NCBI GenBank assembly: GCA_964344785.1 | Contig: CAYFOR010000002.1 | Coordinates: 506 to 64,505 of the forward strand | Source of the DNA: an uncultured Piscirickettsiaceae bacterium | GTDB lineage: Bacteria; Pseudomonadota; Gammaproteobacteria; GCF-002020875 | Direction of reading: 5' to 3' | DNA length: 64,000 nt | In this document: positions 1 to 11,708 of the stretch, piece after piece | Numbering within the stretch: position 1 is the first letter of the stretch | Layout of the letters: each line of letters opens with the position of its first letter | Notes under the pieces: model-generated | Told to the model about the DNA's origin: nothing | The model's database searches: none | The model's input: only the letters and a program-made list of their open reading frames with translations | Translations under genes and position numbers: made by a program

Positions 1-165
1 CAGGTGTTTATACGGATGTCCATCCCGCTTGATGGGCGCCGTCGGTTCGAGGGCAGGCTATTAGGGGTTGAAGATGGCGAGGTTATGTTGGAGATCGAGG
101 AGGAGCAGTTTCGTCTGCCCCTGACACAAGTGGAAAAGGCGCACCTTGTACCACTGTTTGATTGA
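1..165 (+). CDS. rimP: ribosome maturation factor RimP, C-terminal fragment (gene begins upstream of window)
   Basis: Open frame from base 1 to TGA at 163-165 (..GVEDGEVMLEIEEEQFRLPLTQVEKAHLVPLFD*), directly upstream of nusA as in the conserved rimP-nusA-infB operon. Confidence 0.55.
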   Translation, partial: QVFIRMSIPLDGRRRFEGRLLGVEDGEVMLEIEEEQFRLPLTQVEKAHLVPLFD

Positions 166-184
166 GTGAGAAGTTGAGAATTGT

Positions 185-1717
185 GTGATGAGCAAAGAGA
201 TTCTGCAAGTAGTTGAAGTGGTATCCAACGAGAAGGATGTCAGCAGAGAAGTGATCTTTCAGGCACTGGAGTCGGCCCTGGAGATGGCAACCAAGAAAAG
301 ATATACCGAGGATATTGGAGTACGGGTCTCCATTGATCGCTCGACAGGGGAGTATGAGACTTTCCAGACTTGGGAAGTACTGGATGGGGACGAACCTGGA
401 ATCACAATGGAGTTTCCGGATGCACAGCTCTGGTTGATTGATGCTGTGGATATCGACTCTGAGATCAAGCCGGGCGAATACATCGAAAAGCCGATCGAAT
501 CGGTCGCATTTGGGCGTATCGCTGCGCAGGCCGCAAAACAGGTCATCTTCCAGAAGGTACGGGAGGCAGAACGTGAGAAGGTGGCCGCCGAGTACCGTGA
601 CAAGGTGGGCACGCTGCTTGGTGGAATAGTCAAGCGGGTGGACCGTGGGAATGTCATCATTGATCTGGGCAGCAATGCAGAGGCAGTGATCCCCAAAAGC
701 CAGCAGATTCCACGTGATCCGATCCGCCCGGGGGACCGTGTACGTGGCAGCCTGATGGATATCCAGAGCGAGCAGAGAGGACCACAGCTCATCATGAGTC
801 GTATTGCTCCCGATGTATTGATTCAGCTCTTCACCCTTGAGGTGCCCGAGATCAGTGATGGTCTGATTGAATTAAAAGGGGCTGCACGTGATCCGGGATC
901 ACGTGCAAAGATTGCAGTGCAGAGCCTCGACCGTCGCATTGATCCGGTGGGCGCCTGCGTCGGTATTCGTGGCTCCCGTGTACAAGCCGTCTCCAATGAA
1001 CTGGCGGGTGAACGGGTTGATATTGTCCCGTGGGATGACAATCCCGCCCAGTTTGTGATCAATGCAATGTCACCTGCCGAGGTCGTATCCGTTGTGGTGG
1101 ATGAAGACCGTCATGCGATGGATATTGCGGTTGAGGAGGATAACCTCTCCCAGGCGATTGGTCGTGGTGGACAGAACATCCGTTTGGCCAGTGAGCTGAC
1201 CGGCTGGACGCTGAATGTGATGAGCGAAGAGGAGTTCGATGCCAAGGTGGAGTCCGAGGCTGCGGAGATCCAGACCAAGTTGATGGAACAGCTTGATGTG
1301 GATGAGGATGTCTCTCTGATTCTGGTACAGGAGGGGTTCAGTAGTGTTGAAGAGATTGCCTACGTGGAAGAGTCTGAAATGCTTGCCATCGAAGAGTTTG
1401 ACCAGGAGATCGTTACAGAGCTGAGAAATCGTGCACGCGACTACCTGCTGACCAAGGCGATCTCGCAGGAAGAGGCGCTGGAGGCTCGACTGCCTGAACA
1501 GGATCTGTTGGAACTGGAGGGAATGGAAGAGAGTCTGGCCTACAAAATGGCTGCTGCAGGAGTGGTTTCAGCAGAGGATCTGGCAGAACAGGCGGTTGAC
1601 GAGTTGATGGAAATTGATGGGCTTGAACTGACCGAAGAGCAGGCATCAGCGCTGATTATGAAGGCACGGGAGCCATGGTTTGCTGAGGAGCAGTCGGCTA
1701 CCGACCAACAGGCGTAA
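185..1717 (+). CDS. nusA: transcription termination/antitermination factor NusA
   Basis: 510-aa ORF; S1/KH-domain signature ([11 protein letters not shown]), acidic C-terminal repeats; followed by infB. Confidence 0.95.
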   Translation: MMSKEILQVVEVVSNEKDVSREVIFQALESALEMATKKRYTEDIGVRVSIDRSTGEYETFQTWEVLDGDEPGITMEFPDAQLWLIDAVDIDSEIKPGEYIEKPIESVAFGRIAAQAAKQVIFQKVREAEREKVAAEYRDKVGTLLGGIVKRVDRGNVIIDLGSNAEAVIPKSQQIPRDPIRPGDRVRGSLMDIQSEQRGPQLIMSRIAPDVLIQLFTLEVPEISDGLIELKGAARDPGSRAKIAVQSLDRRIDPVGACVGIRGSRVQAVSNELAGERVDIVPWDDNPAQFVINAMSPAEVVSVVVDEDRHAMDIAVEEDNLSQAIGRGGQNIRLASELTGWTLNVMSEEEFDAKVESEAAEIQTKLMEQLDVDEDVSLILVQEGFSSVEEIAYVEESEMLAIEEFDQEIVTELRNRARDYLLTKAISQEEALEARLPEQDLLELEGMEESLAYKMAAAGVVSAEDLAEQAVDELMEIDGLELTEEQASALIMKAREPWFAEEQSATDQQA

Positions 1718-1743
1718 TATGGAATTGGAACGGAGAGAGCATC

Positions 1744-4293
1744 ATGTCACAGGTAACCATTGAACAGTTTGCAGAGGTGGTAAAGATTCCGGCGGACCGT
1801 TTGCTGGAGCAGCTCTCCAATGCAGGTGTTGCCAAGAGCAGTATTGAGGATGAGATCACCGAGCAGGAAAAGATGAAACTCCTGAGCTTTCTGCGTGAAT
1901 CGCACGGTACTGGTTCATCAACGGAGTCACCGAAAGGCAAGGTAACACTCAAAAGAAAGTCGACACTGAAAGTGGGAGGAGCCACCCGTTCATCGGGAGG
2001 CAAGAGTGTCAATGTCGAAGTACGCAAGAAACGGACAATCAACAAACCGATCGACCCGGTGACATTGCAGCAGCAGACGAAGCAGGCCAAGGTGGATGAG
2101 GAGCGACAACGCGTAGAGCGTGAACGCAGGGCTGAGGAAGAGCGGTTGTTGATGGAGCAGGCCGAGCAGCGTCGTCAACATCAGTTGAAGAAGAGGGAAG
2201 AGGAAGAGCGGGCTCGAGAGGAGGCCGAACGAGCCAAGGCCGAGGCTGAACGGCTCAAGCAGGAAGAGCAGGAGCGCAAGGCCAAGGAAGAGGAAGAGAA
2301 ACGTATCCTCGATCAGCAGGCTCGCCAGGTTGCCGAAAAGGCCGCATCCAAGAAGCAGCGTGATGATGAGCGTGGCGGGCGGCGCAAGGGCAAGGACGAA
2401 AAGCAGGCAACGCGCTATGGGCGTAAGGAGCTTCATGTTGCAGCAGGGAAGTCTGCCCGTAAACAGGCGAAAAAGAGCTCAAAGAAGGCCAAGTTTGAGA
2501 TTGAGACGGAACATGGCTTTACCAAGCCGACTGCACCTGTGATTCTGGAAGTACAGATTCCGGAAACCATTACCATTGGTGACCTGGCACAGAAGATGTC
2601 CACCAAGGCCGCCGAGCTGATCAAGGTAATGATGAATCTGGGCACCATGGCGACCATCAATCAGATGATTGATCAGGATACCGCAGCACTGCTGGTTGAA
2701 GAGATGGGCCATAAGGCCGTTCTGATGAATGAGAATGCGATTGAAGAAGAGCTGATGGCCTCCGATTCGGAAGGGGGGGATGGTGAGCAGCGAGCCCCTG
2801 TAGTGACCATTATGGGGCACGTTGACCATGGAAAGACCTCTCTGCTGGACTATATCCGCAAGACCCAGGTCACCCAGGGTGAGGCAGGCGGAATCACCCA
2901 GCATATCGGTGCGTATCGAGTCTCAACCGAGAAAGGGGATATTGCCTTTCTGGATACGCCTGGACATGCCGCCTTTACTGCGATGCGGGCGCGTGGTGCC
3001 AAGGTAACCGATATCGTCATTCTGGTGGTGGCAGCAGATGATGGTGTGATGCCTCAGACGGAAGAGGCGATTCAGCATGCCAAGGCGGCCGAGGTGCCGC
3101 TGGTGGTTGCAGTCAACAAGATTGACAAGCCGGAGTCTGACCCGGACCGGGTCAAGAATGAGCTCTCCAATAGAGAGGTGGTTCCGGAAGAGTGGGGTGG
3201 AGACGTCATGTTTGCGAATGTCTCGGCTCATACCGGTGAAGGTGTGGATGAGTTGCTGGATGCTGTATTGCTTCAGGCAGAGGTGCTGGAACTGACTGCT
3301 GCGGTCAAGGCGCCTGCAAAAGGAAATGTAGTGGAGTCACGAGTGGATCGTGGGCGTGGTGCAGTGGCTACCGTCATGGTACAGAGCGGTACGCTGCACA
3401 AGGGAGATATTCTGCTGGCAGGACGTGAATATGGTCGTGTGCGAGCAATGATCAATGAGTATGGAGAACAGCTTGATGTGGCTGGGCCATCCACCCCGGT
3501 AGAGATCCTGGGGCTGTCTGGTGTGCCAGAGGCCGGAGAAGAGGCGATTGTGGTACCGAATGAGCGCAAGGCACGTGAAGTGGCCAACTTCCGCCAAGGC
3601 AAATATCGCGATGTCCGTCTTGCCCAGCAGAAGCAGGCGAGTCTGGATCGAATGTTCGAGCAGATGCAGGATGGTGACGTTCACTCGGTCAATATTCTGA
3701 TCAAGGCCGATGTGCATGGCTCTGCAGAGGCACTGCGGGATGCATTGCTCAAGCTGGGTACCGAAGAGGTGAAGGTCAACGTGGTGTCATCAGGCGTGGG
3801 AGGGATCAACGAATCGGATGCCAACCTGGCAATTGCATCCAATGCAGTGGTGATCGGCTTCAATGTCCGCGCCGATGCTTCAGCCAAAAAGCTGATTGAG
3901 TCTGAAGAGATCGACCTGCACTACTACAGTGTGATCTATGATGCGATTGAAGAGGTCAAACGTGCGATGGAAGGGATGCTTGCGCCTGAACTCAAGGAAG
4001 AGATCATCGGCTTGGCTGAAGTGCGTGATGTATTCCGTTCACCCAAATTCGGTGCTATCGCGGGCTGTATGGTCTCTGAAGGAGTGGTCAAGCGTAACAA
4101 TCCGATTCGTGTATTGCGTGACAATGTGGTGATCTATGAGGGTGAGCTGGAGTCACTGCGGCGCTTCAAGGATGATGTGAATGAGGTTCGTTCAGGAACC
4201 GAGTGTGGTATTGGTGTGAAGAACTATAACGACGTTCGCGAAGGGGATCAGATTGAGGTCTTCGAGCGGATCGAGGTTTCGCGGTCACTTTGA
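1744..4293 (+). CDS. infB: translation initiation factor IF-2
   Basis: 849-aa ORF; Lys/Glu/Arg-rich N-terminal region; GTPase motifs [18 protein letters not shown]. Confidence 0.95.
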   Translation: MSQVTIEQFAEVVKIPADRLLEQLSNAGVAKSSIEDEITEQEKMKLLSFLRESHGTGSSTESPKGKVTLKRKSTLKVGGATRSSGGKSVNVEVRKKRTINKPIDPVTLQQQTKQAKVDEERQRVERERRAEEERLLMEQAEQRRQHQLKKREEEERAREEAERAKAEAERLKQEEQERKAKEEEEKRILDQQARQVAEKAASKKQRDDERGGRRKGKDEKQATRYGRKELHVAAGKSARKQAKKSSKKAKFEIETEHGFTKPTAPVILEVQIPETITIGDLAQKMSTKAAELIKVMMNLGTMATINQMIDQDTAALLVEEMGHKAVLMNENAIEEELMASDSEGGDGEQRAPVVTIMGHVDHGKTSLLDYIRKTQVTQGEAGGITQHIGAYRVSTEKGDIAFLDTPGHAAFTAMRARGAKVTDIVILVVAADDGVMPQTEEAIQHAKAAEVPLVVAVNKIDKPESDPDRVKNELSNREVVPEEWGGDVMFANVSAHTGEGVDELLDAVLLQAEVLELTAAVKAPAKGNVVESRVDRGRGAVATVMVQSGTLHKGDILLAGREYGRVRAMINEYGEQLDVAGPSTPVEILGLSGVPEAGEEAIVVPNERKAREVANFRQGKYRDVRLAQQKQASLDRMFEQMQDGDVHSVNILIKADVHGSAEALRDALLKLGTEEVKVNVVSSGVGGINESDANLAIASNAVVIGFNVRADASAKKLIESEEIDLHYYSVIYDAIEEVKRAMEGMLAPELKEEIIGLAEVRDVFRSPKFGAIAGCMVSEGVVKRNNPIRVLRDNVVIYEGELESLRRFKDDVNEVRSGTECGIGVKNYNDVREGDQIEVFERIEVSRSL

Positions 4294-4306
4294 AGCGGAG
4301 ACGATC

Positions 4307-4690
4307 GTGGAATCGAGTGACCGTACTCGTCGTGTTGGTGAGCAGATCAAGAGAGCTGTAGGAATGCTCATCCAGCGTGAGTTGCGTGATCCGCGCCTGC
4401 AGTGGGTCACGGTAACGGCAGTCAAGGTGCCTGCTGATTTTTCACATGCGACCATCTACTTTACCCTGTTGAGTGGAGCAGGTGAGCTGGATGCCGCTCA
4501 TCAGGCACTGGAGCACTCTGCAGGGTTTCTGCGTATGCGGTTGGGAAAACAGCTGAAAATGAGGGTTGTACCCGAGCTTCACTTCAAGCATGACGAGTCG
4601 ATCGAGCGAGGCAGTTATATGGAACAGCTCATTGATGAGGTCGTGGCCGAAGATCGGTCAAAGCATCAGGAAGAGGGTAACCATGGCTAG
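4307..4690 (+). CDS. rbfA: ribosome-binding factor A
   Basis: GGAG RBS then GTG at 4307; product ..SDRTRRVGEQIKRAVGMLIQRELRDPRL.. matches RbfA; the longer track ORF (from 4253) overlaps the infB stop. Confidence 0.8.
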   Translation: MESSDRTRRVGEQIKRAVGMLIQRELRDPRLQWVTVTAVKVPADFSHATIYFTLLSGAGELDAAHQALEHSAGFLRMRLGKQLKMRVVPELHFKHDESIERGSYMEQLIDEVVAEDRSKHQEEGNHG

Positions 4691-5606
4691 CAGAAGGCGT
4701 AAAGGACGTAACCTCTCTGGTATACTGCTGCTGGATAAACCACATGGTGTGACTTCAAACGGGGCTCTGCAGCGGGTCAAATCTCTCTTTTTTGCCAACA
4801 AGGCGGGCCATACCGGTAGTCTTGATCCGATTGCCACTGGGATTTTGCCGGTCTGCTTCGGTGATGCCACCAAGTTTTCCGGATTTCTGCTGAATGCGGA
4901 CAAGAGCTATCTGGCCGAGTGCCAGCTAGGTGTGGTCACCCGTTCTGGAGACAGCGAAGGGGAGATTGTCAGTGAGCGTCCGGTTGGAGTGCTGACAGAA
5001 GAACAGATCGAGGCTGCGTTGGCACAGTTCGAAGGTGATATTGAGCAGATTCCGCCGATGCATTCTGCAATCAAGGTTAACGGACAGCCGCTCTACAAGC
5101 TTGCTCATCAAGGTATTGAAGTGGAGCGAGAGCCACGGGAGATCACGGTCTATGGTATGGAACTCGTGACCTATGATGATCAGCAGCACAAGCTGGTCAT
5201 TCGTGTTCACTGCTCAAAAGGGACCTATGTTCGTACGCTGGTTGAGGATATCGGAGAGGTGCTGGGGTGTGGTGCACATGTCAGTGCGTTGCGCAGAACT
5301 GCGCTTGGCCCTTACCATGAGCAGGATCTATATACCATGGATCAGCTTGAGACGATTCATCAAGAGCAGAGAAGGGAGGGGTTGGATGCGCTGCTACTGC
5401 CGTTGGATAGTGCAGTTGCCGAGTATGAAACGGTAATATTGGACCAGGATAGTAGCTACTACCTGCGCCAGGGGCAGCCGGTACAGAGTTCCGCTGCACC
5501 GGTGGAGGGTTGGGTACGTATATATGATATGAGTGAACGGTTTTTGGGGGTGGGCGAGATCGATCAGGATGGTCGGGTCGCCCCTCGCAGATTGGTGGCA
5601 CAATAA
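4683..5606 (+). CDS. truB: tRNA pseudouridine(55) synthase TruB
   Basis: ATG at 4683 gives MASRRRKGRNLSGILLLDKPHGVTSN..GHTGSLDP (TruB catalytic Asp motif); overlaps rbfA end. Confidence 0.9.
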   Translation: MASRRRKGRNLSGILLLDKPHGVTSNGALQRVKSLFFANKAGHTGSLDPIATGILPVCFGDATKFSGFLLNADKSYLAECQLGVVTRSGDSEGEIVSERPVGVLTEEQIEAALAQFEGDIEQIPPMHSAIKVNGQPLYKLAHQGIEVEREPREITVYGMELVTYDDQQHKLVIRVHCSKGTYVRTLVEDIGEVLGCGAHVSALRRTALGPYHEQDLYTMDQLETIHQEQRREGLDALLLPLDSAVAEYETVILDQDSSYYLRQGQPVQSSAAPVEGWVRIYDMSERFLGVGEIDQDGRVAPRRLVAQ

Positions 5607-5909
5607 GCCATCGTGTTGTAAGGCAGCTTCTGGAAAAAGAAATGACACCTTTTTTGCGGCAGTTGCCCAAGGCTTCATCCTAAAGAGGCTTTTTGTAGTT
5701 TGGAGATAACGATCCATCAGTATTTGTAACTGATTACCAGCCTGTGACCATTCGAGGCGAAGCGAAGCAGTTGCTTCTGAAGAGTTACGTTTGGAGTTGT
5801 CTTTCAGACAATAGGTTGTGGTAGGTTGTCACGATTCGATAGAATAGGCGCCCCCACAGATTTGGGAATATAGACTGCGTGAGCGCAGTAATGATTTTGG
5901 AGTAAGAAG

Positions 5910-6179
5910 ATGTCTGTATCTACAGAACAGAAAAGAGAGATTGTTGAGAAATATCAGCGTAGTGACAATGATACCGGGTCTCCCGAGGTTCAGGTTGCAC
6001 TGTTGACGGCCCGTATTCAGGATCTGACGGGCCACTTTAAGGAACACAAGAAGGATCACCACTCCCGCCAGGGACTGTTGAAGATGGTGAACCAGCGTCG
6101 CAAACTACTCGATTATCTGAAGCGGGAGGATGGGAGTCGTTACTCTCAGCTGATTGCCGAGCTCGGTCTGCGTCGTTAA
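5910..6179 (+). CDS. rpsO: 30S ribosomal protein S15
   Basis: 89-aa [39 protein letters not shown]..; conserved position before pnp. Confidence 0.95.
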   Translation: MSVSTEQKREIVEKYQRSDNDTGSPEVQVALLTARIQDLTGHFKEHKKDHHSRQGLLKMVNQRRKLLDYLKREDGSRYSQLIAELGLRR

Positions 6180-6196
6180 TCATAAAATCCGATTGT

Positions 6197-6378
6197 AACG
6201 GTTCAGCTCACCTCTGAAATCTACCATCTCTGCGTTCGAAAATGGTCATGTATACCGATAACACTACGGGCAGTGCTCGTGGTCATCTTGGGATACATTT
6301 ACATTTTCTGCCTTGGGCTGGTGGAGTTTAGAGGCAATCTGAATCAGTTACAGGTACCGGTAAATAGTTACATCCGAT
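6197..6378 (+). repeat. MITE-like mosaic intergenic repeat, type A copy 1 (rpsO-pnp spacer)
   Basis: Left end aacggttcagctcacctctgaaatc; core ..gaaaatggtcat..cagtgctcg..; right ggtggagtttagagg plus tail module caatctgaatcagttacaggtaccggtaaatagttac; shares modules with copies near 15.5, 23.3, 29.1, 31.6 and 35.3 kb. Confidence 0.8.
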
Positions 6379-6442
6379 TTATCATCATTGTTATCGATTC
6401 AGGAAAAAGTCCTGGGTTGCTTACTGTCAGGGAAAAATAAAA

Positions 6443-8533
6443 GTGGAACCAATTATCAAGCGTTTCGAATATGGAAATCAGACGGTCACACTGGAGACCG
6501 GGGAAATTGCCCGCCAGGCATCAGGTGCAGTCAAGGTCAGCATGGGAGATACCGTCCTGCTGGTTACCGTGGTTGCGGAGAAAGAGGCTCGGGAGGGGCG
6601 TGACTTTTTCCCACTGACAGTCAACTATCAGGAGAAGTTCTATGCGGCAGGGGTCATTCCGGGAGGATTCTTCCGCAGAGAGGGACGTCCCACGGAGAAA
6701 GAGACGCTGACCTCAAGGTTGATCGACCGCCCAATCCGCCCACTCTTCCCGAAAGGGTTCATGAATGAGGTACAGGTGATCGCCACCGTGATGGCCTCTG
6801 ATCGGGATACCGATACCGAGATTCCGGCGATGATCGGAACCTCTGCTGCGTTGGCACTGTCTGGAGTTCCGTTTCAGGGACCGATTGGTGCCGCACGGGT
6901 TGGCTATCGTGATGGTGAATATCTGTTGAACCCTCCCCTGAGTGCCAAGGAAGAGTCTGATCTCGAACTGACCGTGGCTGGTACTGCGGATGCAGTGCTG
7001 ATGGTGGAGTCCGAAGCCAACATCCTTTCGGAAGAGGTGATGTTGGGTGCCGTGCTGTTTGGCCATGAGCAGATGCAGACCGTGATCGGGGCAATCAATG
7101 AAATGTGTGCCGAGCTTGAAGTCAAACAGTGGGAGTGGGAGCCTGCAGCGGAAGATACAGCATTGACCGAGGCGGTGGCCAAGGCGGGCGAAGATGCGGT
7201 TACCGATGTCTATCAGATTGCCGACAAGATGGAGCGCTACGGACGCATGGACGAGGTGCGTAGTCAGATTGTCGACGAATTGGTTACCGAGGATGGAGAG
7301 TGGGACGGCGACACCGTCAAGGCTGCCGTTTCCAAGCTGGAGAAAAAGGTTGTACGTGGTCGTATTATCGATGGACACCCCCGTATTGATGGTCGTGACA
7401 CCAAGACGGTCCGCCCTATTTTTGTAAAGACTGGAATTCTGCCACGTGTTCACGGTTCTGCACTCTTCACCCGTGGAGAGACCCAGGCAATGGTAGTCAC
7501 TACACTGGGTACCGACCGTGATGCACAGATCATTGATGCACTGGAGGGCAGCTTCAAGGACCCTTTCATGCTGCAATATAACTTTCCTCCATTTTCGGTT
7601 GGTGAAACCGGTCGTGTGGGCAGCCCCGGGCGCCGTGAAGTGGGTCATGGAAAACTGGCCAAACGGGGGGTGCAAGCCGTTGTCCCGTCGTTGGAAGAGT
7701 TCCCCTATACCATGCGCGTGGTCTCCGAGATTACCGAGTCCAATGGCTCCAGCTCGATGGCTTCTGTCTGTGGCAGCAGTCTGTCGATGATGGATGCAGG
7801 TGTACCGCTGAAAGCCCCGGTTGCCGGTATTGCAATGGGTTTGATCAAGGAGGGAGAGCAGTTTGCAGTATTGACGGACATCCTGGGTGATGAGGATCAC
7901 CTGGGTGATATGGACTTCAAGGTTGCGGGTACCACCGAGGGTGTGACTGCATTGCAGATGGATATCAAGATTACCGGGATTACCCGTGAAATCATGGAAA
8001 TCGCACTGGAGCAGGCACGCGAAGCCAGACTTCACATCCTGCAACAGATGAATACCGCTATCTCTACACCGCGGGAAGAGGTTTCGGAGTTTGCACCACG
8101 CTATCTCACCATGAAGATCGATCCGGACAAGATTCGTGATGTGATTGGCAAGGGTGGTGTGGTCATTCGTGCCATTCAGGAGGAGACCGGTGTCAAGATT
8201 GATCTGGATGATGATGGCAGTGTGAAGATTGCCGCAACCGATGGTGAGGCAGCGAAAGAGGCCAAACGCAGGATTGATGACATTGTTGCTGATGTCGAGG
8301 TGGACAAGATCTATGATGGCAAGGTAGTCAAGCTGATGGACTTCGGTGCATTTGTCAATATTCTTCCCGGCAAGGATGGTCTGGTCCACATCTCCCAGAT
8401 CTCTGCGGAGCGGGTGGAGAAAGTGAGTGACAAGCTGAGTGAGGGTGATCAGGTTCGGGTCAAGGTACTTGAAGTGGATCGTCAGGGCAGAATCCGTCTT
8501 AGCATGAAGGCTGTGCTGGAAGAGGAAGGGTAG
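6443..8533 (+). CDS. pnp: polyribonucleotide nucleotidyltransferase (PNPase)
   Basis: 696-aa ORF with GTG start ([26 protein letters not shown]..); two RNase PH domains, KH and S1 at C-terminus. Confidence 0.95.
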   Translation: MEPIIKRFEYGNQTVTLETGEIARQASGAVKVSMGDTVLLVTVVAEKEAREGRDFFPLTVNYQEKFYAAGVIPGGFFRREGRPTEKETLTSRLIDRPIRPLFPKGFMNEVQVIATVMASDRDTDTEIPAMIGTSAALALSGVPFQGPIGAARVGYRDGEYLLNPPLSAKEESDLELTVAGTADAVLMVESEANILSEEVMLGAVLFGHEQMQTVIGAINEMCAELEVKQWEWEPAAEDTALTEAVAKAGEDAVTDVYQIADKMERYGRMDEVRSQIVDELVTEDGEWDGDTVKAAVSKLEKKVVRGRIIDGHPRIDGRDTKTVRPIFVKTGILPRVHGSALFTRGETQAMVVTTLGTDRDAQIIDALEGSFKDPFMLQYNFPPFSVGETGRVGSPGRREVGHGKLAKRGVQAVVPSLEEFPYTMRVVSEITESNGSSSMASVCGSSLSMMDAGVPLKAPVAGIAMGLIKEGEQFAVLTDILGDEDHLGDMDFKVAGTTEGVTALQMDIKITGITREIMEIALEQAREARLHILQQMNTAISTPREEVSEFAPRYLTMKIDPDKIRDVIGKGGVVIRAIQEETGVKIDLDDDGSVKIAATDGEAAKEAKRRIDDIVADVEVDKIYDGKVVKLMDFGAFVNILPGKDGLVHISQISAERVEKVSDKLSEGDQVRVKVLEVDRQGRIRLSMKAVLEEEG

Positions 8534-8560
8534 AAGGCGGAACGACACTGTTTTTCCGGG

Positions 8561-8591
8561 AAAAAAGGGGCCAGCGGTGGCCCCTTTTTTC
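8561..8591 (+). terminator. rho-independent terminator after pnp
   Basis: GC-rich hairpin AAAAAAGGGGCCAgcggTGGCCCCTTTTTT (stem 8567-8573 / 8578-8584) followed by a T-run; symmetric, could act bidirectionally. Confidence 0.65.
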
Positions 8592-8782
8592 TTGTAGAAT
8601 TTATCGCTGTTCAGCCCACTCCTGAACCCTTCTATTCGGCGTAGTGTGATCTCATGAATTTGGTTCAGGATGGTTGTTTGCGAGTGTAACCTCACACTTT
8701 ATCTGTTCTGTGTTGAAATGTTCTGCAATGAGTTATAGGGGAATCCAGACAGCTACATGAACGTGCTGATAGATGGCTTTGT

Positions 8783-9532
8783 TTGATGAAAATTCTTTTG
8801 AGTAACGATGATGGTGTTTTTGCGCCCGGACTACAGACACTCAGAGATCGGCTGCAGCGGTTGGCGGATGTTACCGTCGTTGCTCCGGACCGTAACCGTA
8901 GTGGTGCCAGCAACTCGTTGACACTGGACCATCCACTCCACCTCTTTCCTCAGGAGAATGGTGACTATGCCGTGGATGGCACGCCGACCGATTGCGTGCA
9001 CCTGGCGTTGACCGGGCTGCTTGATGAAGAGCCCGAGATGGTGATATCCGGGATCAATGCCGGTGCCAACATGGCAGATGATGTACTCTACTCGGGTACG
9101 GTAGCTGCAGCGATGGAGGGGCGACATCTGGGTAGACCGGCCATTGCGGTCTCACTCGCCTGTGCTGGTCACCAGTGTCACCACTTCGAGAGTGGAGCGA
9201 TTGCAGTTGAGCGGATTCTGGAGCGGTTGGGCGATCATCCACTGGAGCCGGACACGATTCTCAATATCAATGTGCCTGATCTTCCCTGGTCCGAGATCAA
9301 GGGGCTGAAGGTTACACGGTTGGGGAAACGCCACCGCTCAGAGCCTGTAGTCCAGACACAGGACCCTCGTGGCAAGGATATCTACTGGGTTGGGCCTGCG
9401 GGTGATGCTGACGATGGCGAGCCTGGAACAGATTTCGATGCCGTCGAACAGGGGTGGGTTTCAGTCACACCGATCCATACCGACCTGACCCGTCACTCAC
9501 TGTTATCCGAGATGGAGCGGTGGCTCCGATGA
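8783..9532 (+). CDS. surE: 5'/3'-nucleotidase SurE
   Basis: [19 protein letters not shown]..; DDG motif; canonical surE-pcm-nlpD-rpoS order. Confidence 0.9.
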   Translation: MMKILLSNDDGVFAPGLQTLRDRLQRLADVTVVAPDRNRSGASNSLTLDHPLHLFPQENGDYAVDGTPTDCVHLALTGLLDEEPEMVISGINAGANMADDVLYSGTVAAAMEGRHLGRPAIAVSLACAGHQCHHFESGAIAVERILERLGDHPLEPDTILNINVPDLPWSEIKGLKVTRLGKRHRSEPVVQTQDPRGKDIYWVGPAGDADDGEPGTDFDAVEQGWVSVTPIHTDLTRHSLLSEMERWLR

Positions 9533-10188
9533 GTGTGGAGGTCGGCTTCATTGGCGCAAGAGCGCGTGATCGGCTCATCTCCCTGTTGCGTGAAAAGGGG
9601 ATACGGAATCAGGATGTATTGAGTGCCATTCGTGACGTCCCGCGTCACCACTTTATGGATGAGGCCCTCCGGGCAAGGGCGTATGAGGATACTGCGCTGC
9701 CGATCGGCCATGAGCAGACCATCTCGCAGCCCTATATTGTTGCATTGATGACGGAGGCGCTGCTGCGGGGAGACAACAGACCGCAACGGGTTTTGGAGAT
9801 CGGTACCGGTTCAGGCTATCAGACGGCGGTGCTGGCAAAATTGATCCCGGAGGTTTACACCGTGGAACGGATTACCGCATTGACTCATCAGGCGCGTGAA
9901 CGCTTTGCCGAGATGGGGATGCTCAATATTGAGATGAAGCTGGATGATGGACACCTGGGCTGGGAAGAGCGGGCACCATTTGATGCAATTATCGTGACTG
10001 CGGCTCCGGCCGGGGTCCCCAAGCGTCTTTTTGAGCAACTTGAAATGGGAGGGAGAATGGTCCTGCCGGTTGGTGATGAGGGTGAAGTGCAGCGGCTGAT
10101 TGAGCTCATTCGGACAGAAGAGGGGATCGAGCAGAGTGATCTTGGTGCCGTTAAGTTCGTGCCGATGAAAAGAGGGGCAACAAGATGA
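9529..10188 (+). CDS. pcm: protein-L-isoaspartate O-methyltransferase
   Basis: ATG at 9529 overlapping the surE stop (ATGA); [11 protein letters not shown] and [18 protein letters not shown]-binding motif. Confidence 0.9.
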   Translation: MSVEVGFIGARARDRLISLLREKGIRNQDVLSAIRDVPRHHFMDEALRARAYEDTALPIGHEQTISQPYIVALMTEALLRGDNRPQRVLEIGTGSGYQTAVLAKLIPEVYTVERITALTHQARERFAEMGMLNIEMKLDDGHLGWEERAPFDAIIVTAAPAGVPKRLFEQLEMGGRMVLPVGDEGEVQRLIELIRTEEGIEQSDLGAVKFVPMKRGATR

Positions 10189-10763
10189 TGGAGTGGCTAC
10201 GTAGAATGAACCGCTGGGTGGCGGCGTGGGCAGACAAGCCACATGCAGAGCCGGTGTTGGCCAGCCTCAGTTTTGCTGAATCCAGCTTCTTTCCGATCCC
10301 TCCTGATGTGCTGTTGGCACCCATGACATTGGCTCACCCCGACAGGGGATGGCGTTATGCCATGTTGGTGACCGTGGCCTCGGTTATTGGTGGTATCTTC
10401 GGCTATCTGGTCGGCATGTATGGTATGGAGCTTGTGTCTCCACTGATTGAAGAGTGGGGGCTGCAACCAGCCTTCGACCATGCACGTGCCCAGTTTGACC
10501 AGTACGGAATATGGATTATCTTTCTGGCCGGGTTTTCACCGATACCCTACAAACTCTTCACCATCAGTGCTGGTGCCATGGCGATGTCGCTACCACTGTT
10601 TGTGATCGCCTCGCTGATTGGGCGTGGAGCCCGATTCTATCTGGTGGCCGCCTTTGTGATATGGGGTGGAGAGCGTTTCCTCCAGATGGAGCACCGCTGG
10701 ATGAACCGTATCGGCTGGATTGCCGTGGTTCTGGGATTGCTGGCCTATATTCTGTTGCGATGA
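10185..10763 (+). CDS. YqaA/DedA-family inner-membrane protein
   Basis: 192-aa hydrophobic ORF with 4-5 predicted TM segments; E..FFPIPPD..L SNARE-associated/YqaA-like motif. Confidence 0.55.
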   Translation: MMEWLRRMNRWVAAWADKPHAEPVLASLSFAESSFFPIPPDVLLAPMTLAHPDRGWRYAMLVTVASVIGGIFGYLVGMYGMELVSPLIEEWGLQPAFDHARAQFDQYGIWIIFLAGFSPIPYKLFTISAGAMAMSLPLFVIASLIGRGARFYLVAAFVIWGGERFLQMEHRWMNRIGWIAVVLGLLAYILLR

Positions 10764-11662
10764 ACTCACGTTGGTTGTGTACATTTTGCCTGTATGTGCT
10801 CATCATGGTGTTGACGGGGTGCGGTGGCCCCCGCAACGTGGCGGTGCCGATCGATAACTATACCCAACGAGCCTATGAGGTTCCCGAGCGTTATACGGTA
10901 CGGTCTGGTGACAGCCTCTACATGATTGCAATGGAGTTTGATCTGGACCATCTTGATGTTGCCGGATGGAACCATATTTCAGCCCCGTATGTGATCCATC
11001 GGGGGCAGGTGCTACGGCTTCGTCCACCAGCAAAACAGCGGACACCGGTCATCAGGAAGTGTGATGGAACATTCTATACAGTGATGCGTGGCGATAGTCT
11101 CGGTGAGATCGCTGCACGCTGTGGAGTTCAGCTCCATCAGTTGGCACAATGGAATCGATTGAGTCCACCTTATACCATCCAGGTTGGCCAACGACTTCGT
11201 CTGGCGGCACCTGCAAAGGCAGGCCATGCCACAAAGATGGCCAAGGCAGCCCGTCAGCCGAGAACGGCAACTCGTGATCGTGCTTCCAAAGGGGGGATAA
11301 GCCGCTTGAAGCGACCTGCCGGTGGTACGGTCGTGAAACGTTTCTCCAGCAAGAAGGGGGTAACCGGGATGGAGTTCAGTGGCAAAAAAGGGGACCCGGT
11401 TCGTGCTGCCGGAGATGGCAAGGTGGTGTATAGTGGTACCGGTCTGGTGCGATATGGCAAGTTGTTGATCATCAGCCATGATGGTAACCTGTTGACCGCC
11501 TATGCACACAATAGCGAGTTGCAGGTAACAGAGGGGGATCTGGTCAAGGCGGGACAACAGATTGCAAAGATGGGGAGTAGTGGGACAGATCGAGTCAAGC
11601 TGCATTTTGAGGTAAGGAAGGGCGGCAAACCGGTGAACCCAATGCTATATCTTGAAAAATAG
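10760..11662 (+). CDS. nlpD: murein hydrolase activator lipoprotein NlpD (LysM + M23 peptidase domains)
   Basis: ATG at 10760; lipobox LTGC; two LysM-like repeats (YTVRSGDSLYMIA, YTVMRGDSLGEIA); C-terminal M23 domain; upstream of rpoS. Confidence 0.85.
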   Translation: MNSRWLCTFCLYVLIMVLTGCGGPRNVAVPIDNYTQRAYEVPERYTVRSGDSLYMIAMEFDLDHLDVAGWNHISAPYVIHRGQVLRLRPPAKQRTPVIRKCDGTFYTVMRGDSLGEIAARCGVQLHQLAQWNRLSPPYTIQVGQRLRLAAPAKAGHATKMAKAARQPRTATRDRASKGGISRLKRPAGGTVVKRFSSKKGVTGMEFSGKKGDPVRAAGDGKVVYSGTGLVRYGKLLIISHDGNLLTAYAHNSELQVTEGDLVKAGQQIAKMGSSGTDRVKLHFEVRKGGKPVNPMLYLEK

Positions 11663-11670
11663 TGGCGTAA

Positions 11671-11706
11671 CTTGAATCAGTTACGGGCTTGGTGAATTAA
11701 GTTACG
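11671..11706 (+). repeat. partial copy of the MITE tail module immediately upstream of the rpoS start codon
   Basis: cttgaatcagttacgggcttggtgaattaagttacg resembles the tail module (c)tgaatcagttac.ggtac.ggt.aatagttac seen at 6.3, 15.6 and 35.4 kb. Confidence 0.4.
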
Positions 11707-11708
11707 TA

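Noticed and set aside
1990-2436. 148-aa Leu-rich minus-strand ORF
   Set aside because: Antisense to the Lys/Glu/Arg-rich low-complexity region of infB; compositional artefact.
6713-8695. 660-aa ORF on the minus strand
   Set aside because: Antisense to pnp (PNPase domains are unambiguous on the plus strand); shadow ORF.
8600-8700. Degenerate copy of the repeat end (cgctgttcagcccactcctgaaccc)
   Set aside because: Only partial similarity to aactgttcagctcacccctgaaatc and no partner modules; mentioned in the repeat finding but not called as a feature.
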